Notes: generated by a model not told the origin, from the sequence alone. DNA of 64,000 nt from an uncultured Chloroflexia bacterium (GCA_963813335.1 CAWEYL010000001.1:736001-800000), one strand, 5' to 3'; shown: positions 29,879 through 39,908, counted from the stretch's first letter. Numbers and translations: made by a program.

Positions 29879-30682
29879 GTGCCATCCATCGACGATCTCG
29901 TCCCGGGTGACCGTGACCAGCTGGACGGTGTGGTCGCGCTGCTGCGTGCGGTCCTTGACGACGGTGCCCTGGCCGTCTACCTGTATGGCTCGGCCGTCCG
30001 CGGCGGCCTCCGCGCCGACAGCGATCTCGACATCTTCGTCGTCACGCGGCGCCCGACGACGCCCACCGAGCGGAAAGCGCTGATCGACGGCCTCATGGGA
30101 CGGTCCCGGTCATCGGAATCTCCGGAACGACGGCATCTCGAGGTGACGGTCGTCGTGCTTGCCGATGTCCGACCGTGGCGGTATCCGCCGCCGCTCGAGA
30201 TGCAGTACGGCGACTGGTGGCGGGACGCGTTCGGAGCCGGCGACCTCTCGCCGTGGACGTCACCGAGCGCCGATCTCGCCGTCCTCCTGGCGTCCGTCCG
30301 CGCCGAGGGCGTGCCGCTGTTCGGCCCGCCGGTCGTCCAGTTGCTCGATCCGGTGCCGCGCGAGGATCTCGAGCAAGCGGTTCGAGAGGTCATCCCGGAA
30401 CTGCTGCCGGGCCTGGGTCAGGACCACACGCGGCACGCGCTGCTCACGCTGGCCCGGATCTGGTACACCCTGGCGACCGGCGAGATCGAGTCGAAAGCCA
30501 CAGCCGCCACGTGGGCGATGGCGCGCATGCCCGCCGGGACAGGTGACGGGCTTCGCCTGGCCCTCGCGGGCTACCTTGGCGAGACGCCGGACACGTGGGA
30601 TGAGCCGGCGCTCGCGGCCGCACGAAGCGACTGGCAGGCGATGCTCGCTGCGCTCGGACCCGACGACGCCGGATCCCCGTAG
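29879..30682 (+). CDS. Aminoglycoside adenylyltransferase family protein (AadA/ANT-like)
   Basis: YLYGSAV.GGLR..SDLD, LEVTVV, PWRYPP..EMQYGDW, DLAVLL, LTLARIWYT...I.SK. Confidence 0.85.
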   Translation: MPSIDDLVPGDRDQLDGVVALLRAVLDDGALAVYLYGSAVRGGLRADSDLDIFVVTRRPTTPTERKALIDGLMGRSRSSESPERRHLEVTVVVLADVRPWRYPPPLEMQYGDWWRDAFGAGDLSPWTSPSADLAVLLASVRAEGVPLFGPPVVQLLDPVPREDLEQAVREVIPELLPGLGQDHTRHALLTLARIWYTLATGEIESKATAATWAMARMPAGTGDGLRLALAGYLGETPDTWDEPALAAARSDWQAMLAALGPDDAGSP

Positions 30683-30770
30683 CCCGTCGACGTCGAAGCA
30701 GGGCGTCGTCGCAGTAGCGATACGAGCCATACTCGGGTCAGGCGGGGCCGTGATCCAAGGAGGCATCCCA

Positions 30771-31208
30771 GTGGCGAACTTGGTCGTCCATTTCGAGATC
30801 CAGGCGTCGGAGCCGCAGCAGCTGATCGACTTCTACTCCGAGCTCCTCGGCTGGCGGTTCACCCAGTTCGGCGAGGTGCCGTACTGGTCGATCGACACGG
30901 GGGAGGGGGCCATCGGCAATGTCGCCGGCTCGGCCGGGCACGGCATCAACGGCGGCCTCAACCTTCGACGCGGGCCGAAGCCGGAGATCGGCGCGCCGGT
31001 CATGGGCTGCAACATCGTCGTCGGCGTGGACGACGTCGATGCCCTGATGCTTCACGCGGTCGAGCTCGGGGGCATGGAGGCGCTCGCCGCCCAGGACATG
31101 CAGGGCGTCGGTCGCGTCGGCTACCTGCTCGACCCCGACAACAACGTCTTCGGCCTGATCTCGGCGGTCATGTCCGACGGCACGGTCGGGATGGGCGGCG
31201 GGAGCTAG
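30771..31208 (+). CDS. VOC (glyoxalase/bleomycin resistance) family protein
   Basis: VVHFEI, FYSELLGW, GINGG, DPDNNVFGL; AAGGAGG RBS. Confidence 0.9.
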   Translation: MANLVVHFEIQASEPQQLIDFYSELLGWRFTQFGEVPYWSIDTGEGAIGNVAGSAGHGINGGLNLRRGPKPEIGAPVMGCNIVVGVDDVDALMLHAVELGGMEALAAQDMQGVGRVGYLLDPDNNVFGLISAVMSDGTVGMGGGS

Positions 31209-31312
31209 CGTCGTCGCGCGCCATCGACCGCCGGAACGGTCGATCGCGGGCGCGCCATAATCCGCCGAGGCCGTGGATACGACCGGGCCGCTCCCACACG
31301 AGGTGAAGGTCA

Positions 31313-32341
31313 ATGGCCACCCAGCGCTTCGAGTCGTCGGTCACGGCGGTCTCCTGGATCCCGTCCGAGGCCATCAGCGGCCCGTCGAAGGTCCCGTTCG
31401 AGTTCGGCGTCACCCACTACGACGAGCCGCCACCCGATCGGCTGGAGAGCCTCGAGGCCCTTCGAACGAGCGACCGCTTTCGCGAGGCGAACGAGCTCCG
31501 GGCGTTCATCGAGGTGGAGGACGGGCGGATCGTCAGCGCCGGACACCTCGGCCAGGGCCATATCGGCGCGACGACCGTCCGGGTGGGCCCGGCAGCGCTC
31601 CGGTTCCCGGCGGTCCAACTGCCGGACATCCAGTCGGACCCCGAGATCGGTGCCTCATCGGCCCGCTTCGTGCAGACGATCGGAGGTCGGATGGGCCTGC
31701 CGACGCCGCGCCCGGTACGGCACAAGCCATTCGTCCAGTTCTGGCCGTCGATCGCGTGGACGACCCTGGCCCTGACGATCAACACCGACGGGACGTCGAG
31801 CCACGAGCTCGTCGGCGCGAGCCCGTTCCCGCGTCACTGGGTCTACGACGACGATGGCCGACTCGTCGAGAAATCCGGCGTGATCGACTTCGGAAAGTGG
31901 TTCAACGAGTCCTACGGCGACCGGACCCCGTGGGGCGAGCAGGATTCCCCAGCGGTGGTCGCCGCCGTCGAATCGGCCCTGGAGCGATCGCTCTCGAGCG
32001 CGATCATGAGCGGCGGCGAGAAGCCGAAGATCCGCTCGATGACCGAGGGCGAGACCCTCGTCCGCCAGGGGGATCCTGGCACCGACGTCTTCCTGATCCT
32101 GGACGGGATCTTCGTCGTGGAAGTCGACGGCAACGCGGTCGCCGAGATCGGGCCCGGAGCGGTGGTCGGCGAGCGCGCCAGCCAGCTCGCCGGCAAACGG
32201 ACGGCGACGCTGTGGGCTCGCACGAAGGGCCGCGTGGCGAGCGTCCCGCACGAGACGCTGGACCTGCAGGGACCTTGGCCGCCTCGCCGCCACGCGTCAG
32301 CACGCGGAGCTGACCTCGGTCCACGGACCGCCGAGGGCTAG
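31313..32341 (+). CDS. Cyclic nucleotide-binding domain protein (possible frameshift near the C-terminus)
   Basis: C-terminal GETLVRQGDPG..VFLILDG...GPGAVVGE...RTAT; unknown N-terminal domain. Confidence 0.8.
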   Translation: MATQRFESSVTAVSWIPSEAISGPSKVPFEFGVTHYDEPPPDRLESLEALRTSDRFREANELRAFIEVEDGRIVSAGHLGQGHIGATTVRVGPAALRFPAVQLPDIQSDPEIGASSARFVQTIGGRMGLPTPRPVRHKPFVQFWPSIAWTTLALTINTDGTSSHELVGASPFPRHWVYDDDGRLVEKSGVIDFGKWFNESYGDRTPWGEQDSPAVVAAVESALERSLSSAIMSGGEKPKIRSMTEGETLVRQGDPGTDVFLILDGIFVVEVDGNAVAEIGPGAVVGERASQLAGKRTATLWARTKGRVASVPHETLDLQGPWPPRRHASARGADLGPRTAEG

Positions 32342-33063
32342 CGCGTGACGCAGATGCCGGGGGGCTCGGGGGTGTCGTGCGCGGCGCCCGCCGGGTACTT
32401 GCGCGTCCACGCGTAGAGGTCCGACAGGTCCTTCCCTGTGCCGAGCACGCCGATGTAGGCGTTGCCGCAGGTGACGCGGACGTTGGCGATGCCGTTCTCG
32501 TTGCGGAAGCACCCGTTCCGGCTGGGGCTCATGGGCGAGTTCTCCCAGTTGAAGACGCCGGGATCGTCCCAGTTCCCGACACCGTCACCGGGCGCCCAGG
32601 CCGCGTCGCCCGGCTTGTCGTGTTCGCAGTCTCCCGTGGCCAGAGGGATGTCGTACGAGGCGAGGCGAGTCATGTAGGCGTACGTGGCCTCGTTCTCCGT
32701 CGGGAGCCAGTAGACGCCGACGCTCGCGACGAGCGGGTCGTCGGGGCGGCACTCGATGGCGTCGAGGGTGTTCTCGGGCAGGTCGCTCCGGCGCGGCACG
32801 CAGTCGATCGCGGCGTCCGGGCGCAGCAGGGCGACGAGCTTCCGCTCGGCGGCGGTCATCGCCGACGAGGGCCGCGGCGTGGGGGCCGGCGTGACTACCG
32901 GAGCGGGCGTCGCGGCGGGGGACGGTGACGGCGTGACCACCGCGGAGGGCGCCGCGGTCGCGACCGGCGTACCCGTCGGGGCGGGGGAGGCCGACGGGCC
33001 CGACGACGTGGCGCAGGCGGCGACGAGCACGAGCACGGCGGGCAGGAACGCGAGACGGCGCAT
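32338..33063 (-). CDS. Hypothetical lipoprotein
   Basis: MRRLAFLPAVLVLVAAC lipobox, P/S/T linker, Cys-containing domain. Confidence 0.8.
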   Translation of the reverse strand: MRRLAFLPAVLVLVAACATSSGPSASPAPTGTPVATAAPSAVVTPSPSPAATPAPVVTPAPTPRPSSAMTAAERKLVALLRPDAAIDCVPRRSDLPENTLDAIECRPDDPLVASVGVYWLPTENEATYAYMTRLASYDIPLATGDCEHDKPGDAAWAPGDGVGNWDDPGVFNWENSPMSPSRNGCFRNENGIANVRVTCGNAYIGVLGTGKDLSDLYAWTRKYPAGAAHDTPEPPGICVTR

Positions 33064-33277
33064 CGATATGGTGCCTCTGAGGTTGCAGATCGACGAAGGA
33101 TCTGCCGCTCAGGATGCGCGTCCACTGCCACCGAGTCGCGTGACGGGCGTCCTCATCCCGGCATGGACGATCGTCCAGCCTCCGGGCCGGCGCGCCTGCG
33201 AAGGGACGCCCGGTCCCAGGGCGGGTCCGCGATGGCCGCGCTCGCCCCGGACGCCTCAGGGCGGGATCGAGGGATCG

Positions 33278-34774
33278 TCAGACGACGTTGATGGTCCCTT
33301 GAGCGTCCAGAGGACACGGGAGAGACGGATCGAACGTGATGTGGATCGCGCTCGCGACGAAGAACCCGCCGATGTGCTGCGCGGCGATCTCCGGTGGCGT
33401 GCCTGGCTGTGTCAGGTTCACGTCCTGCGCGAAGACGTAGACGCGCCACAGTCCGTGGACGTCGAGGTGATGCTTGAGCAGGAGTCGATACGCCCCCTCC
33501 AGGTCGAGCGAGCCGGCGTAGACGCCGTCGTTCGCGCCAGGATCGAATCCGAGCCCGTCGTCGGTCAGGGGGACCACGAAGTACAGGCTCCCGGGCGAGC
33601 GGAACAGGGCGAACGAATACAGGTCGGAGCCCTTGAACAGGCTGCCCCCCGGCCTGTGGAACTTCGCCCGGACCCAAAGCGGGTCGAATGGGTGGACGGT
33701 CGCCGGCGTCTCGACATCGACGCCGTCCGACTCGTGGATATTGGTCTGGGTCTCGCTGACGGAGTACTCGTACGTCTGACCCGTCGTGAACCGTGTATAG
33801 GTCCAATCCACATCGGCGGTGTAGGGCTTGCCCGCGTTCGGCGCATCGGGGAGCGTCCACTCGGCGATCACCTTCTCGCCGATCGTCAGCTCGGCCGCGG
33901 CCGGTGGGGTCTTCTCCTGGCCGCGCCAGAACGGGTCTGCAGCATCTGAGAGCGCGACGGCCGCAGCGACGGTCGCGATCGCCGACGCGACGCCCGCGAC
34001 CGTGTAGTCGCGTTCGGGGCCAGCGCCGGGATCCGGCGTGCAGCACGAGACGGACGGGTCCGTCTCCTCGAAGGTCCCGCTCGCGCCGAACGACGCCGTG
34101 CCGGCCCCCAGCGCGGCAGCCACGATGGCGACGATGGCGGCGATGATGGCGATGATGATCGCCAGGATCTTCCACCAGGGGTCCGAGAATGGAAGGTCGC
34201 CATGGACCCCGGTGAACGCCGGGTTCGGGGCCCATGCCAGGGTCATCCCGGTCGGCACCCACGGCCCGCCGTCGGGCGGGCAGTCGCACTTGCCGTCACG
34301 ACGACTCCCCCAGGTCGGCTTCTGGAGGATGGCGCTGATGTCGGACGCTGTGAGCGTCCCTTCCTCGACGGTGCAGGTGTAGGAATTGGTCGTGCTGTCG
34401 AAGCGGGTCTGCGACACGAAGATCTGCTGGATGGTGCGCCGCGACTCGAAGCCGTCGGCCTTGGCCACGAAGCTCACGAGACGCTTGCCAGGGGTCGCGT
34501 GTTCGAAGTTCGCGTCCCACATCACCTGGACCGATGCGCCGGCCGGGATCGACGCGAACGAGACGGTCTTGGCGACGGGTGCGATGCCGGGGTCGCCGAC
34601 GCTCTCGAGATAGATGCTGACGTTGCTCAGCGCCGAGGTCGACGTGTTCGTGTAGTGGCAACCGATCCGGAGGTTGTAGAGCGCGTTGTCGAAGATCCCG
34701 TCGGGCAACATGATGTTGGTGACGGGCTCGATGGCGAATGGCCGGGAGAGGACCTGCATCGGAGTGGCGCTCAC
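33278..34774 (-). CDS. Hypothetical 498-aa protein with internal hydrophobic hairpin and DDG..D..A.DG.Y motif
   Basis: GTGA overlap with the upstream gene; WWKILAIIIAIIAAIVAIVAAALG and VAGVASAIATVAAAVAL; DDGLGFDPGANDGVYAG. Confidence 0.85.
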   Translation of the reverse strand: MSATPMQVLSRPFAIEPVTNIMLPDGIFDNALYNLRIGCHYTNTSTSALSNVSIYLESVGDPGIAPVAKTVSFASIPAGASVQVMWDANFEHATPGKRLVSFVAKADGFESRRTIQQIFVSQTRFDSTTNSYTCTVEEGTLTASDISAILQKPTWGSRRDGKCDCPPDGGPWVPTGMTLAWAPNPAFTGVHGDLPFSDPWWKILAIIIAIIAAIVAIVAAALGAGTASFGASGTFEETDPSVSCCTPDPGAGPERDYTVAGVASAIATVAAAVALSDAADPFWRGQEKTPPAAAELTIGEKVIAEWTLPDAPNAGKPYTADVDWTYTRFTTGQTYEYSVSETQTNIHESDGVDVETPATVHPFDPLWVRAKFHRPGGSLFKGSDLYSFALFRSPGSLYFVVPLTDDGLGFDPGANDGVYAGSLDLEGAYRLLLKHHLDVHGLWRVYVFAQDVNLTQPGTPPEIAAQHIGGFFVASAIHITFDPSLPCPLDAQGTINVV

Positions 34775-35628
34775 GACTGCTTCTCCTTCCGCTCCGTCCG
34801 CTTGGCCTTCTGGGCGACGACCACGAACCCAAGCCCGCCGAGGACCCTGTCGCCGTCGCGCTCGACGATCCTGACCAGCTCGTATTCGTTCTCGGGCAGG
34901 CCTTTCGCCCGGACGGCAAGGTGGACGGCCGTCGAGGTTCCGCGAGGCACGGCCAGCTCGAGCCTGTCCTTCCCGATCGGATCCTTCGCTCCGACGCAGC
35001 GAGCCTCGAGGTCGAGGCCGGCCTCGGCGCGAGGTCGCTTGGCCGGCCGCAGCCCGCGAAGGCCCAGGCCGGCCAGGGTCCGGGCATCGAGCTCGCCGCC
35101 GACGTCAGCCGTCAAGGTCACCCGCTTGTCGGCGCGCAGCAGCCCCGACACCGTGAGGATGAGCGACATCGCCTGGCCGCCCGCCACGAGGACGGTGAGG
35201 TTCTTCTGCGCCACCTGTCGGTAGGTCGGTGGGTCGAACGCGTCAGGCAACGGGTTCGGAAGGGGATCGCTGGCGTGGTTGGCGACCGCCACCAGGCACT
35301 CGTGGCCGCCGTTCACCATCACGGGGGTCCATGGGACCAGGCACAGGGCGTCCTGGGCCCCGCCGGCCGGCAAGTCCGCGTAGGCCGATCCGACGAACGT
35401 GGCGTTGCTGCGCGTGACCTGCAAGGCCGGGTTCGCCCAGTAGAAATCGAGCCTCACGCCGTTGGCGTCCGAGCTACCGAGGTTGGCGACGTGGGCCCAG
35501 AGGTACGCCGTCTCGCCGGCGGCCGGACTGCCGGGTGAAGCCGTTGGATCGCTCCCAGGGACCACCCAGATATCCGGACTCAGGTACCAGTCCGGGATGC
35601 CATCGCGGATGAGCAACTGGACGGACAT
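34771..35628 (-). CDS. Hypothetical protein with Ig/CARDB-like SPDIWV domain
   Basis: SPDIWV...AHVANLG...FYWANP...HECLVA...QVAQKNL; GAGGGGG RBS. Confidence 0.8.
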   Translation of the reverse strand: MSVQLLIRDGIPDWYLSPDIWVVPGSDPTASPGSPAAGETAYLWAHVANLGSSDANGVRLDFYWANPALQVTRSNATFVGSAYADLPAGGAQDALCLVPWTPVMVNGGHECLVAVANHASDPLPNPLPDAFDPPTYRQVAQKNLTVLVAGGQAMSLILTVSGLLRADKRVTLTADVGGELDARTLAGLGLRGLRPAKRPRAEAGLDLEARCVGAKDPIGKDRLELAVPRGTSTAVHLAVRAKGLPENEYELVRIVERDGDRVLGGLGFVVVAQKAKRTERKEKQS

Positions 35629-35709
35629 GGCCGACCCCCTCTGGCGATCGTCGTGACGACCTGAGGTGGAACGCCCCAAGGCCGAGGCGAGAAGATTGCC
35701 CTCAACGGC

Positions 35710-35747
35710 GTCACCAGCTCGTCACTCGAGAGTCACCCGAGAGTCAC
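35710..35747. promoter_or_regulatory. Phased direct-repeat array (4 perfect GTCAC, 11-bp period); putative SARP binding site
   Basis: gtcac at 35710, 35721, 35732, 35743; minus-strand -10-like CAATCT at 35693-35698. Confidence 0.75.
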
Positions 35748-35811
35748 GGATGGACGTCAGGTCGCCTCACCGAAGACGACCTGGAACGCCGGCACCGCCG
35801 CGGCGGTGCCC

Positions 35812-36787
35812 TCAGCGGGCGGCGACGGGTCGGACCAGCCGCAGGAGCTCACCCACCCGGGCGATCTGCTCCGGCGTCCGGTAGATCGCGTTGTTGAAGG
35901 TGAACCCGGTGAACCCGGCCTCGATGTACTCGCCGAGGGTGTCGACGACCTGCTCGGGCGTCCCGGCGACGACATACGGCCGCCGCTCCACCGGCATGAG
36001 CTCCAGGAACGCCTTGGCCTCCGCGTCCGAGCCGACCACGACGACCGGCGCCCCGATCGTGCGCTCGATCGTGGCCGGATCCCGGTCGATCTCCTCGCAG
36101 TAGCGGACCAGCAGCTCGTCCTTGTGGCGCAGGGTCGGGAGCCCGAGCGCGAACCAGTGCGTCATGTCGGCGAACCGCGCGGCGATGCGCAGCGTCCGCT
36201 GCTCGCCGCCACCGCCCACGAGGATGGGCGGGCCGCCCGCCTGGATCGGCCGCGGGCTGTTGAGCGCCTCGTGGATGCGGTAGTGCTGGCCGTGGAAGGT
36301 CGGCCGCTCCTCGGTGAACATCAGGGTGGCGATCGTCAGCGCCTCCTCGAGGCGGTCCATCCGCTCCTTCAGCGGCGGGAAGTCGATCCCGTAGCCGATG
36401 TGCTCCTCCTCGTTCCACGCCGCACCGAGCCCGAAGATCGCCCGGCCGCCGGACACGCACGTCCAGCGTGGTGACCTGCTTGGCGAGCATGGCCGGGTTC
36501 CGGTACGTGACGCCGGTCACGAGCGTCCCCAGGCGGACGGTCGAGGTCTCGCGTGCGAGCGCGGAGAGGACCGACCAGCCCTCGAGCATCGGCTCGGCGA
36601 TCGAGCCCACGCCCTGGATCTGGTACAGGTGGTCCATCACCGTGACGAGCTCGAAGCCGGCCGCCTCGGCGGCCTTCGCCTGCTCGACGACACGGTCGAA
36701 GAGGCGCTCCGGCGGGACGTCCGGGTGGCTGTAGCTGGGGAGGTGGAGACCGAACCAGGGGTGGCGCGAGGCCGTCGCAGTCGTCAT
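35812..36787 (-). CDS. LLM-class F420-dependent oxidoreductase (frameshift near 36457)
   Basis: VMDHLYQI, LGTLVTGVTYRNPAMLAK, then SGGRAIFGLGAAW and GGGGE in a second frame. Confidence 0.88.
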
Positions 36788-36908
36788 CCGGGAAGGATGC
36801 ACCCATCGCCGGGATGGTGCGGGGAGTCGGGCGCGGGACGACGCCCGCCCGATATGCTCACGGGGCGGCATGGATGGACGGCCGTGCGAGCAGGGGAGGG
36901 ACCCGACG

Positions 36909-38318
36909 ATGGCGCTGGCACCGAGCGTCCTGACCGGCGAGCAGCTGGCGGGGCTCCGTGCGGCGTTCGCCGGCCCGATCATCACCCCGGACGACGGTCA
37001 CTACGACCAGGCGCGCCACCTGTGGAACGACGTCCACGATCGCAGGCCGGCCGTCATCGTCCAGCCGCGGTCGAGCGCGGAGGTCGCGACCGCCATCCGG
37101 TTCGCCCGCGAGCACGACCTCGCCCTGGCCGTCCGGTCCGGTGGCCACAGTCCCTCGGGCCACTCGACCTGCGACGGCGGTCTCGTGGTGGACATGTCGC
37201 AGATGCGCGGCGTGACCGTCGATCCGGCGACGCGCACGGCCAGGGCCAACGGCGGCGCGCTCCTCGGCGAGCTCGACGTCGCCGCGCAGGCGCACGGGCT
37301 CGTCTGCCCCATCGGCGTCATCGGCCATACCGGCGTGGCCGGGCTCACCCTCGGCGGCGGCGTCGGGCGGCTCCAGCGGCACTTCGGGCTGACCATCGAC
37401 AACCTGCGCGCGGTCGAGCTCGTGACCGCCGACGGCCGGTCCGTCCGCACGAGTGAGACCGAGGAGCCCGAGCTGTTCTGGGGCATGCGCGGCGCCGGCT
37501 GGAACTTCGGGATCGCCACGGCGTTCGAGTTCGGGCTGCAGCCCTTCGGCCCGGATCTCCATCGAGGGGCGCTCGTCTATCCCGCCGCGGCCGCCCGCGA
37601 CGTCTGGGCGGTCTTCGAGGACTACGCCGCGAGCGCCCCGGAGGCCGTCTCGATGATCTACTCGCTCGCGCCGGCCGACGAGGAGACCGTCGCCCGCGCG
37701 AACGGCGTGGCGCTCGGCGACCCCATCGTGGTCGTCTCGTTCAACCACAGCGGCCGCGCCGAGGACGTCGAGCGCGATACCGCCGGCCTGCGCCGCGGTC
37801 CGGAGCCGGTCTCGGCGAGCAACGGCAGCGAGCCCTACCTCGAGGTCCAGGCCGCCCACGACCTCGTGCTCGGCTGGGGCCACCGCTCGTTCATCAAGGG
37901 CCTGTACGCCGACGTGTTCCGCCCCGAGGCGCTCGATGCACTTGTCGACCACGTCGCCGACGGTCCGGCCGGGGGTTCGTTCTCGGTCACGGCGCAGGGC
38001 GGCGCGATCGCCCGGGCGGAGGAGGGGTCGGCGGCCTACGCCGGGCGGGCGGCCCGCTTCGACCACAGCGCCGACGTCGCCTGGGAGGACCCCGCCGACG
38101 ACGACGCCAACCGCGCCTGGACCCGCCGCGCGATGTCGTTCGTCGAGGCGGACGCCATCGAAGGACGCTACGCGAACGAGAACGCCGACGACGGCCCGGC
38201 TGAGTCGCGCCTCATCTACGGCGACGCGAAGCTCGCCCGCCTGGCCGCGCTGAAGCGGACCTGGGACCCGGACAACGTCTTCCGACTGAACCACAACGTG
38301 GCGCCCGCGCCGGACTGA
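36909..38318 (+). CDS. FAD-binding oxidoreductase (berberine bridge enzyme-like)
   Basis: AVRSGGHS, GLTLGGG, LFWGMRGAG.NFGI, LKRTWDPDNVFRLN. Confidence 0.92.
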   Translation: MALAPSVLTGEQLAGLRAAFAGPIITPDDGHYDQARHLWNDVHDRRPAVIVQPRSSAEVATAIRFAREHDLALAVRSGGHSPSGHSTCDGGLVVDMSQMRGVTVDPATRTARANGGALLGELDVAAQAHGLVCPIGVIGHTGVAGLTLGGGVGRLQRHFGLTIDNLRAVELVTADGRSVRTSETEEPELFWGMRGAGWNFGIATAFEFGLQPFGPDLHRGALVYPAAAARDVWAVFEDYAASAPEAVSMIYSLAPADEETVARANGVALGDPIVVVSFNHSGRAEDVERDTAGLRRGPEPVSASNGSEPYLEVQAAHDLVLGWGHRSFIKGLYADVFRPEALDALVDHVADGPAGGSFSVTAQGGAIARAEEGSAAYAGRAARFDHSADVAWEDPADDDANRAWTRRAMSFVEADAIEGRYANENADDGPAESRLIYGDAKLARLAALKRTWDPDNVFRLNHNVAPAPD

Positions 38319-38360
38319 CCGGGGGTCAGCCCGACGCTGGACGCTGCGACGTCCCCGGGA

Positions 38361-39464
38361 TCAGGGGGCCGGTTCGTACACGAGCGTTCCGCCGTCCTTG
38401 AGCGTGATGGTCAGCCCACCACCGTTCACGATCGCGTAGCTGGCGCTGTTCGTGAGCGCGAGGATGTACAGGTCCGATTTCGACCCCTCGCCGCAGAGGA
38501 CGATGCTCGACGGCCCAGGCACGATCGACAGGCCTCCGGTCGCGGTCGCCGTCCAGGTACCGATCAACACGTTGCAGTCGGCCGTCGCGCTGAAGGTCCC
38601 GGCCGCGGCGAATGAGACCGTGTACTTGAAGCGCTCGGCGGCCGGGACCTCGCCGCCGGCCACGGGCTCGCGCGTGGTGAACGATGCGAGCTGCCAGTTC
38701 GTGTCCACGAGGTCCCCGCCGGCCGGCGGCGTCGGCGTCGGCGTCGGCGTGGGCGCAGGGGTCGGCGTCGGTGCCGGGGTCGGGGTGGGTGTCGGCGCAG
38801 GAGTCGGTGCTGGCGTCGCGGTCGGCTTGGCCGTCGGGCCAGCGCTCGGTGCCTCGGATTCCGGCGGCGTGGGGGACGGGGTCGGGGTCGGCGTCGGGCT
38901 GGGCGTGGGCGACGGACTCGCGGTCGGCGTCGGACTCGGCGTCGGGGACGGAGAAGGCGTCGGACTCGGACTGGCCGTCGGGACCGCCGTCGGGACGACG
39001 GGCGCGGTCGCGGAGTCCACGAACGTGCCCGTCCCGCCTTCGGACGTGGTCAGCGTCAGGTGAGCTCCCGAGACCGCCCACGTCTCCACCGTGCCGAGGG
39101 AATGCGCGAACAGGCTGCCGTATGAGCCCTCCGGGCAGGCCACGAGCGTGCTCGGGCCGGGGGTGATGGTGATGCCATCGGTGCGAGAGGTCGAGTAGGT
39201 GCCACTGACCGCGTTGCAGTCCGCCCGCGCGGCGAAGGTGTCATCGGTCGCGAACGTGATCGTGTAGCGCGGCTGGTCGGCAGCCGGGACGACGCCCTGG
39301 AAGGCGGGCGTCTGCCCGGTGATCGCGGCGAGCTGCCATGTCCGGCCGGTCAGCGACCCGCTCTCCGATCCTCGGTTGACGAACGCAAAGAGCAGCAACC
39401 CGGCGACGATCACGCCGACGACGATGAGTGCGATGGTCGTGGTCTGCGGACGCTCTTCTTCCAT
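38361..39464 (-). CDS. Membrane-anchored protein with two META domains and a Pro/Thr linker
   Basis: Two copies of WQLA...YT..F...ADCN...ST/SI..C; PT repeats between them. Confidence 0.85.
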   Translation of the reverse strand: MEEERPQTTTIALIVVGVIVAGLLLFAFVNRGSESGSLTGRTWQLAAITGQTPAFQGVVPAADQPRYTITFATDDTFAARADCNAVSGTYSTSRTDGITITPGPSTLVACPEGSYGSLFAHSLGTVETWAVSGAHLTLTTSEGGTGTFVDSATAPVVPTAVPTASPSPTPSPSPTPSPTPTASPSPTPSPTPTPTPSPTPPESEAPSAGPTAKPTATPAPTPAPTPTPTPAPTPTPAPTPTPTPTPPAGGDLVDTNWQLASFTTREPVAGGEVPAAERFKYTVSFAAAGTFSATADCNVLIGTWTATATGGLSIVPGPSSIVLCGEGSKSDLYILALTNSASYAIVNGGGLTITLKDGGTLVYEPAP

Positions 39465-39554
39465 GGGATCCCCCTGACGATCGGGAACCGCCAAGACGGG
39501 ACGGGCGGCAGGCCCAAGATGCTAACGGAACTGCCGGTCGCGTACCCTGTGGCC

Positions 39555-39908
39555 ATGTCGCAGGTGATCGATTACATCGAGTTCGCGGTCGACGACCTGG
39601 AGCAGTCGAAGGCCTTCTACGCGACGGCGCTCGGCTGGACGTTCAACGACTACGGCCCTGACTACGCGGGCGTCAAGGACCCGCGGACCGGCGGGGAGTT
39701 CGCCGGGCTCAACCCACAGCCCGTCGCCTCGCGCGGCGAAGGGGTGCTGGCGCTGATCCGCACCGACGATGCCGACGCGGCCCTGGTCAGCGTGCTGGAG
39801 GCGGGTGGCCGGGTCCACGTGGCGATGCACGACTATCCGGGTGGCCGTCGCTTCATGTTCGCGGATCCCTCCGGGAACGTCCTCGGCGTCTACGAGCCCG
39901 CCGAGTAG
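39555..39908 (+). CDS. VOC family protein
   Basis: IDYIEF, FYATALGWTFNDYGPDY, YPGGRRF.FADPSGN. Confidence 0.9.
   Translation: MSQVIDYIEFAVDDLEQSKAFYATALGWTFNDYGPDYAGVKDPRTGGEFAGLNPQPVASRGEGVLALIRTDDADAALVSVLEAGGRVHVAMHDYPGGRRFMFADPSGNVLGVYEPAE

Noticed and set aside
28093-29889. Apparent SRPBCC-hydrolase fusion (598 aa)
   Set aside because: Produced by a frameshift near 29085; the hydrolase has its own AGGAGG RBS and the SRPBCC C-terminus lies in another frame.
38720-39000. Repetitive gtcggc/gtcggg tract
   Set aside because: Encodes a Pro/Thr linker between META domains; not a CRISPR array or VNTR element.
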